Positions 28,741-39,262 of a stretch of DNA of 40,498 nt are shown here, in pieces. The position numbers were made by a program, and so were the translations under genes. The notes beneath the pieces were generated by a model. The model was not told the DNA's origin. It made no database searches and saw only the letters and a program-made list of their open reading frames with translations. Origin of the DNA: a virus (lineage: Duplodnaviria > Heunggongvirae > Uroviricota > Caudoviricetes); the IMG/VR virus record IMGVR_UViG_2734482533_000012; one strand, given 5' to 3'. Position 1 is the first letter of the stretch, and every line of letters begins with the position of its first letter.

Positions 28741-29157
28741 CTATAAATACCGAAGATTTCCTTGATAAAATGCCAGTACACGTTTCATAACTTCACTCTT
28801 CCGGCACTCGCGACAGATTATGTTCTGACGCCTGTCATAGCGGCGTATTTCTCCGTCTGGTAATGACCAGATAAGGTCAGGATCAACCACAACCGTTTTT
28901 TTCACCTTTGCCCTGGATAGTTTTTTGCGGGCGTTTTTCCAATCCTTACGAGCCTGTTCAGACGGGAATAACCCATAGCCAGAGTTGTATACATCGCCAC
29001 TGGCAACCAACTCTCTGGCAAGAATGCTCATCAGATATCTTGTCGCACCTGTCTTGGCCTCCAGTTGCCTTAACGTCTCGCGCCCACTCTGGCGTACCAA
29101 CTCAACAACCTGCTCCTTAATTTTTTCACGCTCTTCCTGTGTAAAAACTTTTGCCAT
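28741..29157 (-). CDS. Hypothetical phage protein (138 aa, basic, CxxC-containing)
   Basis: Start at ATG 29157 (MAKVFTQEER...) with GGAGG upstream; follows the ydaW-like gene by 16 bp. Confidence 0.5.
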   Translation of the reverse strand: MAKVFTQEEREKIKEQVVELVRQSGRETLRQLEAKTGATRYLMSILARELVASGDVYNSGYGLFPSEQARKDWKNARKKLSRAKVKKTVVVDPDLIWSLPDGEIRRYDRRQNIICRECRKSEVMKRVLAFYQGNLRYL

Positions 29158-29172
29158 AAGCGCCTCCGGCAA

Positions 29173-29934
29173 TCACTTTTCCGACACAATACGACTGGAG
29201 GAATCGACAATCTGTCGGACAATATCCCGGTGCTTGTTCAGCTCCCGCAGCGCGGCGCAGACTCGCTCCCACTTCTGGACATGATTTTTCGCCCGACGCA
29301 GTTCGCGGTTTGCCATATGCAGCGATGGTAAAACTAGGTCATCCGCTTGCGTTTCAGTAAACGATGGCAGCGACTGCACAATGTCCGCCACAGTTTCTGT
29401 TTTAATATCTTCCTGTGTTGCCGCTTCCTGTACTGGTAACGCAACACCGGCTGGCTGAGGAAAGGCTTTACCATCAGTTTCCGCTACCGATGCAGCTTTC
29501 GGCTCTGCTGGTAAATTATCGCCCGGCATGCAGTAACGAAATTTACTGTTCTGGTTTACGCGAATCAGGCGTCCTTTGCTGATTGCCATTGCCAGCGTTG
29601 AAGCAACTTTGCGGGATGTTGTACCGAACAGCGTAGCCAGTTCATCCGCCGTTTGTGGTCCGCGTTGTTCAATCGTCGCGGTTAAATCGCACTCTGAGAT
29701 TTTCACTACAGTTGCCGTGGTGGTTTCTTCCGGCAGTTCTGCCTGCATTGGCTGTTCCTGCTGAACGTTGTTATCAGCCACACGCCAGGTGTACGCGCTT
29801 TTATCAACGAAACCAGCTTTTTTCAGTTCCCATAGTTCGTTCAGCACTTCTTCACGACTGATATCAAGTCGCGCAGCAAGTTCTATGGATGTGGCTTTTC
29901 CCATTGCTTTCAGTGCGTCAAAAACAGTCTCCAT
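29173..29934 (-). CDS. ydaW: YdaW-like protein (full-length; winged-helix-like N-terminus)
   Basis: Start at ATG 29934 ([30 protein letters not shown]...) with GGAGG upstream; occupies the position of K-12 Rac ydaW after ydaV. Confidence 0.55.
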   Translation of the reverse strand: METVFDALKAMGKATSIELAARLDISREEVLNELWELKKAGFVDKSAYTWRVADNNVQQEQPMQAELPEETTTATVVKISECDLTATIEQRGPQTADELATLFGTTSRKVASTLAMAISKGRLIRVNQNSKFRYCMPGDNLPAEPKAASVAETDGKAFPQPAGVALPVQEAATQEDIKTETVADIVQSLPSFTETQADDLVLPSLHMANRELRRAKNHVQKWERVCAALRELNKHRDIVRQIVDSSSRIVSEK

Positions 29935-29956
29935 AAAAATTTCCTCCCGGTAAAAA

Positions 29957-30703
29957 TTACTTCTCAATTCCTGGCTGGACGACATTCGGACGCCAGCTCT
30001 CCCAGTTAAAATTCACCCATCGCCCGCCGTTCATGGTCATGCGATCCATAATCCGCTCGCCGAGCAATGTTTTCATGGCCTCATAGTTCAGGTTTGTCAG
30101 CATCCCCACGCTGCGCATCGACGCTGTCCGGCGATCAACAATCTGGTGCAGCACCACCTGCTCGTTTTTCGTCTCGCGCTGAATGCCAATTTCATCAAGA
30201 ACCAGCAGATCCACTTCGCATAGTTCCCGCAAAAATTTTTCGCCTGACTGCCCATCGTCATAGCTGGCGTGCAGGGCACTCATAACATCAGCCACGGTAA
30301 CCACAATCACTGTCTGACCGTCTTTCAGCAGGCGATTCCCGATAGCTGCCGCTAAGTGGTTCTTCCCGGTACCAGGTTTTCCGCTGAACGCAAAATTTGT
30401 ACACCCGGTCATCAGTTCATCAGCGATGGATTTCGCCTGACTCAACGCGTATCGCTGCGCTTCGTTCTGCACCTGGTAATTCGAAAACGAGCATTTGCGG
30501 TGCAATGGCTGGATGCCAGAGCGATTCAGAATTTTTTCCACCCGCAACTGACGATTCTGACGGTTGATCTCCTCACAACGTTTCTGGCCTTCGGAAAGTT
30601 GCCACTCGCGCCACTCCGCTACCGTCTTGAATGGCGCGGTTACATGTGACGGGGCCAGTCTGCGGATACGTTCAAGAACGTCGCCTGTCGCAATATTTTT
30701 CAT
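29957..30703 (-). CDS. ydaV: DnaC/IstB-like replicative helicase loader
   Basis: 248 aa with Walker A ([17 protein letters not shown]) and Walker B (DLLVLDEIG); Rac ydaV position. Confidence 0.85.
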   Translation of the reverse strand: MKNIATGDVLERIRRLAPSHVTAPFKTVAEWREWQLSEGQKRCEEINRQNRQLRVEKILNRSGIQPLHRKCSFSNYQVQNEAQRYALSQAKSIADELMTGCTNFAFSGKPGTGKNHLAAAIGNRLLKDGQTVIVVTVADVMSALHASYDDGQSGEKFLRELCEVDLLVLDEIGIQRETKNEQVVLHQIVDRRTASMRSVGMLTNLNYEAMKTLLGERIMDRMTMNGGRWVNFNWESWRPNVVQPGIEK

Positions 30704-30709
30704 GGTCAG

Positions 30710-31567
30710 TTACCCCCTGAAGCCTGGCGGGATCGCACTATCCGGTAACGAGACGGTGTTAACCTGTCGGAGTAACGTCTCAGGTCGAACACCTTTCGGC
30801 GCGAACAAGCCCTGGTATTCATTGGCGATGCTGTGTCGAATCACCTGCTCAGGTGAAAAACCCTGCTGGCGGAATTTTTCCAGCTCCCGTATCGCCCCGT
30901 TAGCGCCCTGCTCCGTTCGAATCGGTTTTCGCAATGCCTGGCGAAATTCAACCCACTCACGCCAAAGCGAGACAGAAATCCAGTTCGGCAAAGCAATATC
31001 CAGAGGGTCAAACTTTTTGACACCTCGATTCCCCCGGGGGGGATTTAGGGGGGGATCTGTTTTTAGATCTTTATCTGTATCTTTATTAGTTGCCTTTGTG
31101 TTGACATCATGTTCAAACACCACTTCAACATCTGTTTGAACACCTGTTAAATTTCTCTCTTGTTTTGTTTGAACATCTGCTTCCTTTCTGCTTCTTCTGG
31201 CCTGAACAGATGCTTTTCCTGCGGCTGATTTTTTGGTTAATTTTTCCCTGACTGATGCCAGATCTTCCTCAATCCGAAGATGCACCCATTCCTCGCCGTT
31301 ATCGCAAAAAAACTCCTGCAAGGATGGTTCAACATCAGCCCATCGCTCGTTAGTCAGACGGGCAATTTTTGCCAGCCTGTTTTTAGGTATTGGCTTTCCT
31401 GTTTGCCAGTAATTGAACATCAGCAACAAATACGCACCATGCTCCTCTGCTGACAAATGCATGGTGTCAGCCAGGTAATCAGCTATGTACAGTTGCATGT
31501 ATGGTAATGCGGCCATAATTGCCCCGTATGATGCTGCCCGGTGGCTTAGAATAAGCACAAACAGCAT
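30710..31567 (-). CDS. ydaU: Replication initiator-like protein YdaU (DUF1376)
   Basis: ORF upstream of the helicase loader, matching the Rac ydaU position; the true start may be the internal Met at 31516 (MAALPYMQLY...). Confidence 0.7.
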   Translation of the reverse strand: MLFVLILSHRAASYGAIMAALPYMQLYIADYLADTMHLSAEEHGAYLLLMFNYWQTGKPIPKNRLAKIARLTNERWADVEPSLQEFFCDNGEEWVHLRIEEDLASVREKLTKKSAAGKASVQARRSRKEADVQTKQERNLTGVQTDVEVVFEHDVNTKATNKDTDKDLKTDPPLNPPRGNRGVKKFDPLDIALPNWISVSLWREWVEFRQALRKPIRTEQGANGAIRELEKFRQQGFSPEQVIRHSIANEYQGLFAPKGVRPETLLRQVNTVSLPDSAIPPGFRG

Positions 31568-31579
31568 GGAAACTTTTGC

Positions 31580-32002
31580 TTAATGAACAATGACAGAATC
31601 GTCGGAAGACCCGCCGCCGCTGAAATGCGCTTTCCGGTAAACGGCTTGGACTGCATCATCATGCGCATCAATTGCCGTACTTAACGCTTCCTGCGCCGCC
31701 AGTAATGCACGGCGTTCCAGGGTATCGAAGATGCAGAGTCGGTGACGCAGCTCGCGCGGAAGGATTGCCAGAATTGCTGGGATCAGCTTCTGAATTTTTT
31801 CTCTTTGCGTTTTCGTTTCACCTTTCAACCAACGGTGATAGATATTCTGCTGATTATTCCAGTCCTTGCCTGGTACCAGGGGCAATTCGCCGCCCCCCTG
31901 GCGCAGATATTCTTCAGTAATGGCATTGGCTACCCATGCCTGCCCTTTTTCGGCTGCCAGGGCTAACAACACTGACTCGATGTGCTCATGCTTGATTTTC
32001 AT
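31580..32002 (-). CDS. ydaT: YdaT (toxic Rac protein repressed by RacR)
   Basis: 140-aa ORF immediately downstream of ydaS, 4-bp overlap. Confidence 0.75.
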   Translation of the reverse strand: MKIKHEHIESVLLALAAEKGQAWVANAITEEYLRQGGGELPLVPGKDWNNQQNIYHRWLKGETKTQREKIQKLIPAILAILPRELRHRLCIFDTLERRALLAAQEALSTAIDAHDDAVQAVYRKAHFSGGGSSDDSVIVH

Positions 32003-32253
32003 GAATCAACTCCCATCAGCTTTTTCGTAGTAGTTTTATTTCTGCCAATAGTTAAAATTACATCAGCAGAAAATAATCCGTTTGATGCATGAGCGATTTT
32101 TTCAGCGTAATTTGTTTCGCCGGTATATTCTGTGCGAGGCAATTTTCCGTTATCCATCCATTTGTAGATTGCTCTTTGGCTGACACCACAAACGTCGGCC
32201 ACAACAGAAACGCGAACAGTTTTGATTACATCTTCAAGTGTTTTCTGGTTCAT
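31999..32253 (-). CDS. ydaS: YdaS, Cro-like HTH protein
   Basis: Start taken at MNQKTLEDV... (GAGG ribosome-binding site), because the longer track ORF would overlap divergent racR; HTH VADVCGVSQRAIYKWM. Confidence 0.7.
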   Translation of the reverse strand: MNQKTLEDVIKTVRVSVVADVCGVSQRAIYKWMDNGKLPRTEYTGETNYAEKIAHASNGLFSADVILTIGRNKTTTKKLMGVDS

Positions 32254-32314
32254 ATCACCCTCACAATGTGAACTTTGAGTACATGCTATAACAGAACTGA
32301 CAGTACATTCAAGA
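32254..32314. promoter_or_regulatory. Divergent racR / ydaS control region with two 15-bp direct repeats (candidate operators)
   Basis: GAACTTTGAGTACAT at 32270-32284 and GAACTGACAGTACAT at 32294-32308, in the 61-bp gap between the divergent repressor and cro-like genes. Confidence 0.4.
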
Positions 32315-32752
32315 GTGAATATCATTGAACTTATGGTTCATGAAGATAAAGCGCGTAAAGAGTTCGCCAGTAGGCTTGCGCTAGCCTGTGAAAACGCTGG
32401 TTATGAACAACATGGAAGGCAGGCAGAAATTGCCCGTCGAATGAAATTAACACCAAAAGCGGTTAGCAAATGGTTTAATGGCGAAACAATTCCTCGCCGA
32501 GAGAAATTAAGGGAATTAGCAACACTCATTGGAACAACACCAACCTATCTTTTGGGAGAGGATACAGAAGAAAGTGGACAGGTACGTTTCTATCAGGAGT
32601 TAAATCCAAGACAAAAAATCATCATTGACCTTCTGGACGAGCTCCCTGACAGTGAGACAGATGAACTTTTAAAAACTCTTGAGGAGAAAAAACAGAAGTA
32701 CAATGCAATTTACGAAGAGCTAGCACGAAAGAAAAAACAAAAAGCCTCTTAA
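32315..32752 (+). CDS. racR: Prophage repressor RacR (XRE/cI-type HTH)
   Basis: 145 aa from GTG; HTH (QAEIARRMKLTPKAVSKWFNGE); divergent from ydaS as in Rac. Confidence 0.7.
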   Translation: MNIIELMVHEDKARKEFASRLALACENAGYEQHGRQAEIARRMKLTPKAVSKWFNGETIPRREKLRELATLIGTTPTYLLGEDTEESGQVRFYQELNPRQKIIIDLLDELPDSETDELLKTLEEKKQKYNAIYEELARKKKQKAS

Positions 32753-33042
32753 ACCAGCATAAATCCGGTAGCGTCCCCCTCCGGGTTTGTGCTTCACTTT
32801 ATCCCATCTCATTTTTTTACACACAAAATGTACTTATAGTACTTTACATCAATGAACACAAAGTACATTATATACCTACCAACCCACCCCGCCCCACAGA
32901 ACGCAGGGCAATACTTCGAGTTACCAGGCAGTGGTCAGGGGTTAAGTAGCCAGCCCGAGGCGTATGAACATGACGGCAGGGTTCAGATTTTGCAGTGCAG
33001 CAGGTTTCAGTTCCGCCACCCGGCGTTAAGGGGAGAGATAAG

Positions 33043-33177
33043 ATGGTGCATTACGAAGTAGTTCAGTATTTGATGGATTGTTGCGGTATCACTTACAACC
33101 AGGCTGTGCAGGCTTTACGCAGCAACGACTGGGATCTCTGGCAGGCAGAAGTCGCTATACACAGCAACAAGATGTGA
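33043..33177 (+). CDS. ydaF: YdaF (small Rac protein)
   Basis: 44 aa from ATG with AAGGGGAG upstream: MVHYEVVQYLMDCCGITYNQAVQALRSNDWDLWQAEVAIHSNKM. Confidence 0.6.
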   Translation: MVHYEVVQYLMDCCGITYNQAVQALRSNDWDLWQAEVAIHSNKM

Positions 33178-33187
33178 GATTCGCAAA

Positions 33188-33343
33188 ATGCAAAAAATCG
33201 ACCTCGGCAACAACGAATCCCTGGTGTGCGGCGTGTTCCCCAACCAGGATGGAACGTTCACTGCCATGACGTATACCAAAAGCAAAACATTTAAAACCGA
33301 AACTGGTGCGCGCCGATGGTTGGAGAAGCACACAGTAAGCTAA
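33188..33343 (+). CDS. ydaG: YdaG (small Rac protein)
   Basis: 51-aa ORF MQKIDLGNNESLVCGVFPNQDGTFTAMTYTKSKTFKTETGARRWLEKHTVS; under the 60-aa cutoff of the supplied track. Confidence 0.5.
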   Translation: MQKIDLGNNESLVCGVFPNQDGTFTAMTYTKSKTFKTETGARRWLEKHTVS

Positions 33344-33828
33344 CGATTAAAACGTCTACTCCTGCTGTTCCAGAATAACTTCATAAAATGGGAGTATTTT
33401 TCGGTGACGAGATAATAAGAACAGTTTGCGCTATCACTCTGATGTTGAATGATGCCCTTCCGTTCTAATTTTTTCATAACCGGGTTACGGCAAGGAGAAG
33501 TGATAATAAGATTTCCTGTTTTAAGGAAATCTTTAAATACAGCGATTTCTTTCTCAGATAAACGAAGCAATACTCGTTGCTCTGGTAGTAATGAATAATG
33601 CTTTTGAATATGTGCTCGCAATCTTGAGAAGGAAATGGCGACCACGAAAGAAAAGGCAAAAACGATAATCTGAAAGAGCCAAGGTATTTCAGTATAAGCA
33701 TTGAATGCGACAGTAAACTCTTTCGGTATCAGCCAGAGAGTGAGACCAAAAATGATAATCGTATACATAAGTATTTCGAGTGGCTCGTTAGCAAAAAGTT
33801 TCAACAATGGAGTAAATACATCCAACAT
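33340..33828 (-). CDS. sieB: Superinfection exclusion protein SieB
   Basis: 162 aa from MLDVFTPLLKLFANEPLE...; matches Rac SieB from memory; two TM segments. Confidence 0.85.
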   Translation of the reverse strand: MLDVFTPLLKLFANEPLEILMYTIIIFGLTLWLIPKEFTVAFNAYTEIPWLFQIIVFAFSFVVAISFSRLRAHIQKHYSLLPEQRVLLRLSEKEIAVFKDFLKTGNLIITSPCRNPVMKKLERKGIIQHQSDSANCSYYLVTEKYSHFMKLFWNSRSRRFNR

Positions 33829-34269
33829 ATCAATAACTCTCAACTGTAAGGGTATTGAAATGTTAACACAAGCTCTCGCTGTAGGGGTATAGCCGAGACC
33901 ACCGAAGCCCGGAGGTGGTGAAATAAAACCGGGCACAACACGAAGGCGCATTTCCGATATCCATAAAGAGTCGGTCTTGTCTGTTAAATTTAAATGGTGG
34001 GAGTGCGCCTCCGGTTGTAAATAACGACATTGCTGTGTGTAGTCCTGGCGGCATCAGTTTTTTTCTTGAAGTTCGGCTGATGTCCGCCCTTTTTAAAGTG
34101 AATTTTGTGATGCGGTGAATGCGGCTAAGCGCACGTGGCACAGTTAAAAGTCATGTTAGTCCTTATTGGTTTGGGTGGGAAAGCCGACTGTAATTGTTAA
34201 CTGGTTGCAGTCACCTGGAGGCACCAGGCACCGCATCAACAAAGTTCATTTGTAAAAATGGAGATAATT

Positions 34270-34491
34270 ATGATTGCACATCACTTCGGAACTGATGAAA
34301 TACCACGTCAGTGTGTGACTCCTGGCGATTATGTTCTTCATGAAGGCCGGACATATATTGCCTCGGCAAACAATATTAAAAAGCGAAAACTATATATTCG
34401 TAACCTGACCACAAAAACATGCATTACTGACCGCATGATTAAAGTCTTCCTCGGTCGTGATGGTTTACCTGTAAAGGCGGAGTCATGGTGA
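34270..34491 (+). CDS. kilR: KilR, FtsZ-targeting cell division inhibitor
   Basis: 73 aa from [30 protein letters not shown]... with GGAG upstream; matches Rac KilR from memory. Confidence 0.85.
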   Translation: MIAHHFGTDEIPRQCVTPGDYVLHEGRTYIASANNIKKRKLYIRNLTTKTCITDRMIKVFLGRDGLPVKAESW

Positions 34492-34661
34492 TGACTAAGA
34501 AAATAAAATGTGCTTACCACCTTTGCAAAAAAGACGTTGAAGAAAGCAAAGCTATTGAAAGAATGCTTCACTTCATGCACGGGATTTTATCAAAAGACGA
34601 ACCGAGAAAATATTGCAGTGAAGCTTGTGCCGAAAAAGACCAGATGGCACATGAACTTTAA
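34491..34661 (+). CDS. ydaE: YdaE (small Cys-rich Rac protein)
   Basis: 56 aa [56 protein letters not shown]; start overlaps the kilR stop (TGATG). Confidence 0.65.
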   Translation: MTKKIKCAYHLCKKDVEESKAIERMLHFMHGILSKDEPRKYCSEACAEKDQMAHEL

Positions 34662-34735
34662 TTAATTGACTATTCGAAACTGAATTTATGCCAGAAATGG
34701 CAGGTATTCGCTCAACCTTAATTAAGGAGAAAAAC

Positions 34736-35011
34736 ATGATTACCAATTATGAAGCCACTGTTGTAACTACCGATGACATTGTTCACGAGGTGAATCTGGA
34801 AGGAAAGCGCATTGGCTACGTAATTAAAACAGAAAATAAAGAAACCCCATTCACTGTGGTTGATATCGATGGTCCATCAGGCAACGTAAAAACACTTGAT
34901 GAAGGTGTCAAAAAAATGTGCCTGGTGCATATCGGAAAGAATCTGCCCGCAGAAAAAAAAGCCGAATTTCTGGCAACTCTAATTGCAATGAAATTAAAAG
35001 GTGAAATCTGA
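34736..35011 (+). CDS. racC: RacC
   Basis: 91 aa from MITNYEATVVTTDDIVHEV... with AAGGAGA upstream; matches Rac RacC from memory. Confidence 0.8.
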   Translation: MITNYEATVVTTDDIVHEVNLEGKRIGYVIKTENKETPFTVVDIDGPSGNVKTLDEGVKKMCLVHIGKNLPAEKKAEFLATLIAMKLKGEI

Positions 35012-35112
35012 AAGAAATAGCCTGCGTATGGCGCAGGCTATGAACAGTGTGTATCCGGCAAGATCATTCACTGAACAAAACGAATTTTAATCTGAGTTGA
35101 GGTTAAAAAACA

Positions 35113-37713
35113 ATGAGCACAAAACCACTCTTCCTGTTACGGAAAGCGAAAAAATCATCCGGTGAACCTGACGTCGTCCTGTGGGCAAGCAACGATTTTG
35201 AATCGACCTGTGCCACTCTGGACTACCTGATCGTTAAGTCAGGTAAAAAACTGAGCAGCTATTTTAAAGCTGTTGCCACGAATTTTCCTGTCGTTAATGA
35301 CCTGCCCGCTGAAGGTGAGATCGATTTTACCTGGAGTGAACGCTATCAACTCAGCAAAGACTCCATGACATGGGAACTAAAACCGGGAGCAGCACCAGAC
35401 AACGCTCACTATCAAGGCAATACCAACGTCAACGGCGAAGACATGACTGAGATTGAGGAGAATATGCTACTCCCAATTTCTGGCCAGGAACTGCCCATTC
35501 GTTGGCTTGCTCAACACGGCAGCGAAAAACCGGTAACGCACGTTTCACGCGACGGACTCCAGGCATTACACATTGCTCGGGCTGAAGAACTACCGGCTGT
35601 TACTGCCCTGGCTGTTTCCCACAAAACCAGCCTGCTCGACCCGCTGGAAATTCGCGAACTCCACAAACTGGTTCGTGACACTGACAAAGTTTTCCCTAAT
35701 CCTGGTAATTCAAACCTGGGACTGATAACTGCTTTTTTCGAAGCATACCTGAACGCTGACTACACCGATCGAGGACTGCTGACAAAAGAGTGGATGAAGG
35801 GTAATCGTGTTTCACACATCACTCGCACGGCTTCCGGTGCTAATGCTGGCGGCGGAAACCTCACCGATCGCGGCGAAGGTTTCGTACACGATCTGACGTC
35901 ACTGGCGCGGGACGTAGCCACTGGCGTACTGGCCCGTTCAATGGATCTGGACATCTATAACCTTCATCCGGCACACGCTAAACGCATTGAGGAAATTATC
36001 GCTGAAAATAAACCGCCCTTTTCTGTTTTCCGCGACAAATTCATCACCATGCCTGGCGGGCTGGATTATTCCCGCGCCATCGTGGTTGCGTCCGTAAAAG
36101 AAGCACCAATTGGGATCGAGGTCATCCCCGCGCACGTCACTGAATATCTGAACAAAGTACTGACTGAAACCGATCATGCCAACCCTGATCCGGAAATCGT
36201 GGATATTGCCTGCGGTCGCTCCTCTGCCCCGATGCCGCAGCGAGTAACAGAAGAAGGAAAACAGGATGATGAAGAAAAACCGCAACCATCTGGAACAACG
36301 GCAGTTGAACAGGGAGAGGCTGAAACAATGGAACCGGACGCAACTGAACATCATCAGGACACGCAGCCGCTGGATGCTCAGTCACAGGTAAATTCTGTTG
36401 ATGCGAAATATCAGGAACTGCGGGCAGAACTCCATGAAGCCCGGAAAAACATTCCATCAAAAAATCCTGTCGATGCCGATAAATTGCTTGCTGCATCACG
36501 TGGTGAATTTGTTGACGGAATTAGCGACCCGAACGATCCGAAATGGGTAAAGGGGATCCAGACTCGCGATTGTGTGTACCAGAACCAGCCAGAAACGGAA
36601 AAAACCAGCCCGGATATGAATCAACCTGAGCCAGTAGTGCAACAGGAACCGGAAATAGCCTGCAATGCCTGCGGCCAGACTGGCGGGGATAACTGCCCTG
36701 ACTGTGGTGCGGTGATGGGCGACGCAACATACCAGGAAACATTCGATGAAGAGAGTCAGGTTGAAGCTAAGGAAAATGATCCGGAGGAAATGGAAGGCGC
36801 TGAACATCCGCACAATGAGAATGCTGGCAGCGATCCGCATCGCGATTGCAGTGATGAAACTGGCGAAGTCGCAGATCCCGTAATCGTAGAAGACATAGAG
36901 CCAGGTATTTATTACGGAATTTCGAATGAGAATTACCACGCGGGTCCCGGTGTCAGTAAGTCTCAGCTCGATGACATTGCTGATACTCCGGCACTGTATT
37001 TGTGGCGTAAAAATGCCCCCGTGGACACCACAAAGACAAAAACGCTCGATTTAGGAACCGCTTTCCACTGCCGGGTACTTGAGCCGGAAGAATTCAGTAA
37101 CCGCTTTATCGTAGCACCTGAATTTAACCGCCGGACAAACTCCGGAAAAGAAGAAGAGAAAGCGTTTCTGAGGGAATGCGCAAGCACAGGAAAAACGGTT
37201 ATCACTGCCGAAGAAGGCCGGAAAATTGAACTCATGTATCAGAGCGTTATGGCTTTGCCGCTGGGGCAATGGCTTGTTGAAAGCGCCGGACACGCTGAAT
37301 CATCAATTTACTGGGAAGATCCTGAAACAGCAATTTTGTGTCGGTGCCGTCCGGACAAAATTATCCCTGAATTTCACTGGATCATGGACGTGAAAACTAC
37401 GGCGGATATTCAACGATTCAAAACCGCTTATTACGACTACCGCTATCACGTTCAGGATGCATTCTACAGTGACGGTTATGAAGCACAGTTTGGAGTGCAG
37501 CCAACTTTCGTTTTTCTGGTTGCCAGCACAACTATTGAATGCGGACGTTATCCGGTTGAAATTTTCATGATGGGCGAAGAAGCAAAACTGGCAGGTCAGC
37601 TGGAATATCACCGCAATCTGCGAACCCTGGCTGACTGCCTCAATACCGATGAATGGCCAGCTATTAAGACGTTATCACTGCCCCGCTGGGCTAAGGAATA
37701 TGCAAATGACTAA
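35113..37713 (+). CDS. recE: Exodeoxyribonuclease VIII (RecE)
   Basis: 866-aa ORF; the C-terminal third matches the RecE nuclease domain and the N-terminal region is acidic and low-complexity; matches E. coli RecE from memory. Confidence 0.9.
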   Translation: MSTKPLFLLRKAKKSSGEPDVVLWASNDFESTCATLDYLIVKSGKKLSSYFKAVATNFPVVNDLPAEGEIDFTWSERYQLSKDSMTWELKPGAAPDNAHYQGNTNVNGEDMTEIEENMLLPISGQELPIRWLAQHGSEKPVTHVSRDGLQALHIARAEELPAVTALAVSHKTSLLDPLEIRELHKLVRDTDKVFPNPGNSNLGLITAFFEAYLNADYTDRGLLTKEWMKGNRVSHITRTASGANAGGGNLTDRGEGFVHDLTSLARDVATGVLARSMDLDIYNLHPAHAKRIEEIIAENKPPFSVFRDKFITMPGGLDYSRAIVVASVKEAPIGIEVIPAHVTEYLNKVLTETDHANPDPEIVDIACGRSSAPMPQRVTEEGKQDDEEKPQPSGTTAVEQGEAETMEPDATEHHQDTQPLDAQSQVNSVDAKYQELRAELHEARKNIPSKNPVDADKLLAASRGEFVDGISDPNDPKWVKGIQTRDCVYQNQPETEKTSPDMNQPEPVVQQEPEIACNACGQTGGDNCPDCGAVMGDATYQETFDEESQVEAKENDPEEMEGAEHPHNENAGSDPHRDCSDETGEVADPVIVEDIEPGIYYGISNENYHAGPGVSKSQLDDIADTPALYLWRKNAPVDTTKTKTLDLGTAFHCRVLEPEEFSNRFIVAPEFNRRTNSGKEEEKAFLRECASTGKTVITAEEGRKIELMYQSVMALPLGQWLVESAGHAESSIYWEDPETAILCRCRPDKIIPEFHWIMDVKTTADIQRFKTAYYDYRYHVQDAFYSDGYEAQFGVQPTFVFLVASTTIECGRYPVEIFMMGEEAKLAGQLEYHRNLRTLADCLNTDEWPAIKTLSLPRWAKEYAND

Positions 37714-38515
37714 GCAACCACCAATCGCAAAAGCCGATCTGCAAAAAACTCAGGGAAACCGTGCACCAGCAGCAATTAAAAATAACGACGTGATTAGTTT
37801 TATTAACCAGCCATCAATGAAAGAGCAACTGGCAGCAGCTCTTCCACGCCATATGACGGCTGAACGTATGATCCGTATCGCCACCACAGAAATTCGTAAA
37901 GTTCCGGCGTTAGGAAACTGTGACACTATGAGTTTTGTCAGTGCAATCGTACAGTGTTCACAGCTCGGACTTGAGCCCGGTAGCGCCCTCGGTCATGCAT
38001 ATTTACTGCCTTTTGGTAATAAAAACGAAAAGAGCGGTAAAAAAAACGTTCAGCTAATCATTGGCTATCGCGGCATGATTGATCTGGCTCGCCGTTCAGG
38101 TCAAATCGCCAGCCTGTCAGCCCGTGTTGTCCGTGAAGGTGACGAGTTTAATTTCGAATTTGGCCTTGATGAAAAGTTAATACACCGCCCAGGAGAAAAC
38201 GAAGATGCCCCTGTTACCCACGTCTATGCTGTCGCAAGACTGAAAGACGGAGGTACTCAGTTTGAAGTTATGACGCGCAAACAGATTGAGCTGGTGCGCA
38301 GCCAGAGTAAAGCTGGTAATAACGGGCCGTGGGTAACTCACTGGGAAGAAATGGCAAAGAAAACGGCTATTCGTCGCCTGTTCAAATATCTGCCCGTATC
38401 AATTGAGATCCAGCGTGCAGTATCAATGGATGAAAAGGAACCACTGACAATCGATCCTGCAGATTCCTCTGTATTAACCGGGGAATACAGTGTAATCGAT
38501 AATTCAGAGGAATAA
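37706..38515 (+). CDS. recT: Single-strand annealing recombinase RecT
   Basis: 269 aa from [23 protein letters not shown]...; start overlaps the recE stop; matches E. coli RecT from memory. Confidence 0.9.
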   Translation: MTKQPPIAKADLQKTQGNRAPAAIKNNDVISFINQPSMKEQLAAALPRHMTAERMIRIATTEIRKVPALGNCDTMSFVSAIVQCSQLGLEPGSALGHAYLLPFGNKNEKSGKKNVQLIIGYRGMIDLARRSGQIASLSARVVREGDEFNFEFGLDEKLIHRPGENEDAPVTHVYAVARLKDGGTQFEVMTRKQIELVRSQSKAGNNGPWVTHWEEMAKKTAIRRLFKYLPVSIEIQRAVSMDEKEPLTIDPADSSVLTGEYSVIDNSEE

Positions 38516-38570
38516 TTCAGCCTGGCGGTGTAATGCACCGCCAACTTGAAATATTTTTATGAGAAAAATT

Positions 38571-38720
38571 ATGAGATATGACAATGTTAAACCATGTCCA
38601 TTTTGTGGTTGTCCATCAGTAACGGTGAAAGCCATTTCAGGATATTACCGAGCGAAGTGTAACGGATGCGAATCCCGAACCGGTTATGGTGGAAGTGAAA
38701 AAGAAGCACTCGAACGATGA
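38571..38720 (+). CDS. ralR: Restriction-alleviation protein Lar / RalR-like (zinc-ribbon)
   Basis: 49-aa ORF MRYDNVKPCPFCGCPSVTVKAISGYYRAKCNGCESRTGYGGSEKEALER with CxxC...CxxC; may be shorter than the K-12 protein. Confidence 0.6.
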   Translation: MRYDNVKPCPFCGCPSVTVKAISGYYRAKCNGCESRTGYGGSEKEALER

Positions 38721-38757
38721 AATAAACGAACCACTGGAAATAATAATGGAGGTGTTC

Positions 38758-38946
38758 ATGTATAAAATTACCGCCACTATTGAAAAGGAAGGTGGCACTC
38801 CTACTAACTGGACAAGATATTCAAAATCTAAACTAACGAAATCAGAATGCGAAAAAATGCTCTCAGGTAAAAAAGAAGCAGGCGTTTCCAGAGAGCAGAA
38901 AGTAAAACTGATAAATTTTAATTGCGAGAAACTTCAGTCCTCGTGA
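38758..38946 (+). CDS. ydaC: YdaC-like small protein
   Basis: Start at MYKITATIEKEGG... preceded by GGAGGTG; the track ORF begins further upstream at 38686. Confidence 0.55.
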   Translation: MYKITATIEKEGGTPTNWTRYSKSKLTKSECEKMLSGKKEAGVSREQKVKLINFNCEKLQSS

Positions 38947-39021
38947 ATTGCATTGTATTCAAATTAAAACTTCATAGCTGATTATTAATAATCAACATCG
39001 GGCGTCAATTTAAGTCTAACA

Positions 39022-39261
39022 TTGGCGCCTGCCAGAGGTGATGCGATGGCACAAGTAATCTTTAATGAAGAGTGGATGGTTGAATACGGCCTGATGCTTC
39101 GCACTGGTCTGGGGGCCAGACAAATTGAAGCATACCGCCAGAACTGTTGGGTGGAAGGCTTCCACTTCAAACGAGTATCTCCTTTAGGGAAGCCAGACAG
39201 TAAGCGAGGGATTATCTGGTATAACTATCCAAAGATAAATCAGTTTATCAAAGACTCATGA
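39022..39261 (+). CDS. xisR: Excisionase
   Basis: 79-aa ORF immediately upstream of the integrase with a 1-bp gap. Confidence 0.7.
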   Translation: MAPARGDAMAQVIFNEEWMVEYGLMLRTGLGARQIEAYRQNCWVEGFHFKRVSPLGKPDSKRGIIWYNYPKINQFIKDS

Positions 39262-39262
39262 T

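Noticed and set aside
35938-36939. Several 100-150 aa minus-strand ORFs inside recE
   Set aside because: They lie entirely within the recE coding region on the opposite strand; recE is recognised over its full length, so these are shadow ORFs.
38524-38560. Hairpin GGCGGTG-TAATG-CACCGCC after recT as a terminator or sRNA
   Set aside because: The T-run is interrupted and distant from the stem, so it may only be a weak terminator or mRNA stabiliser; cannot be distinguished without transcript data.
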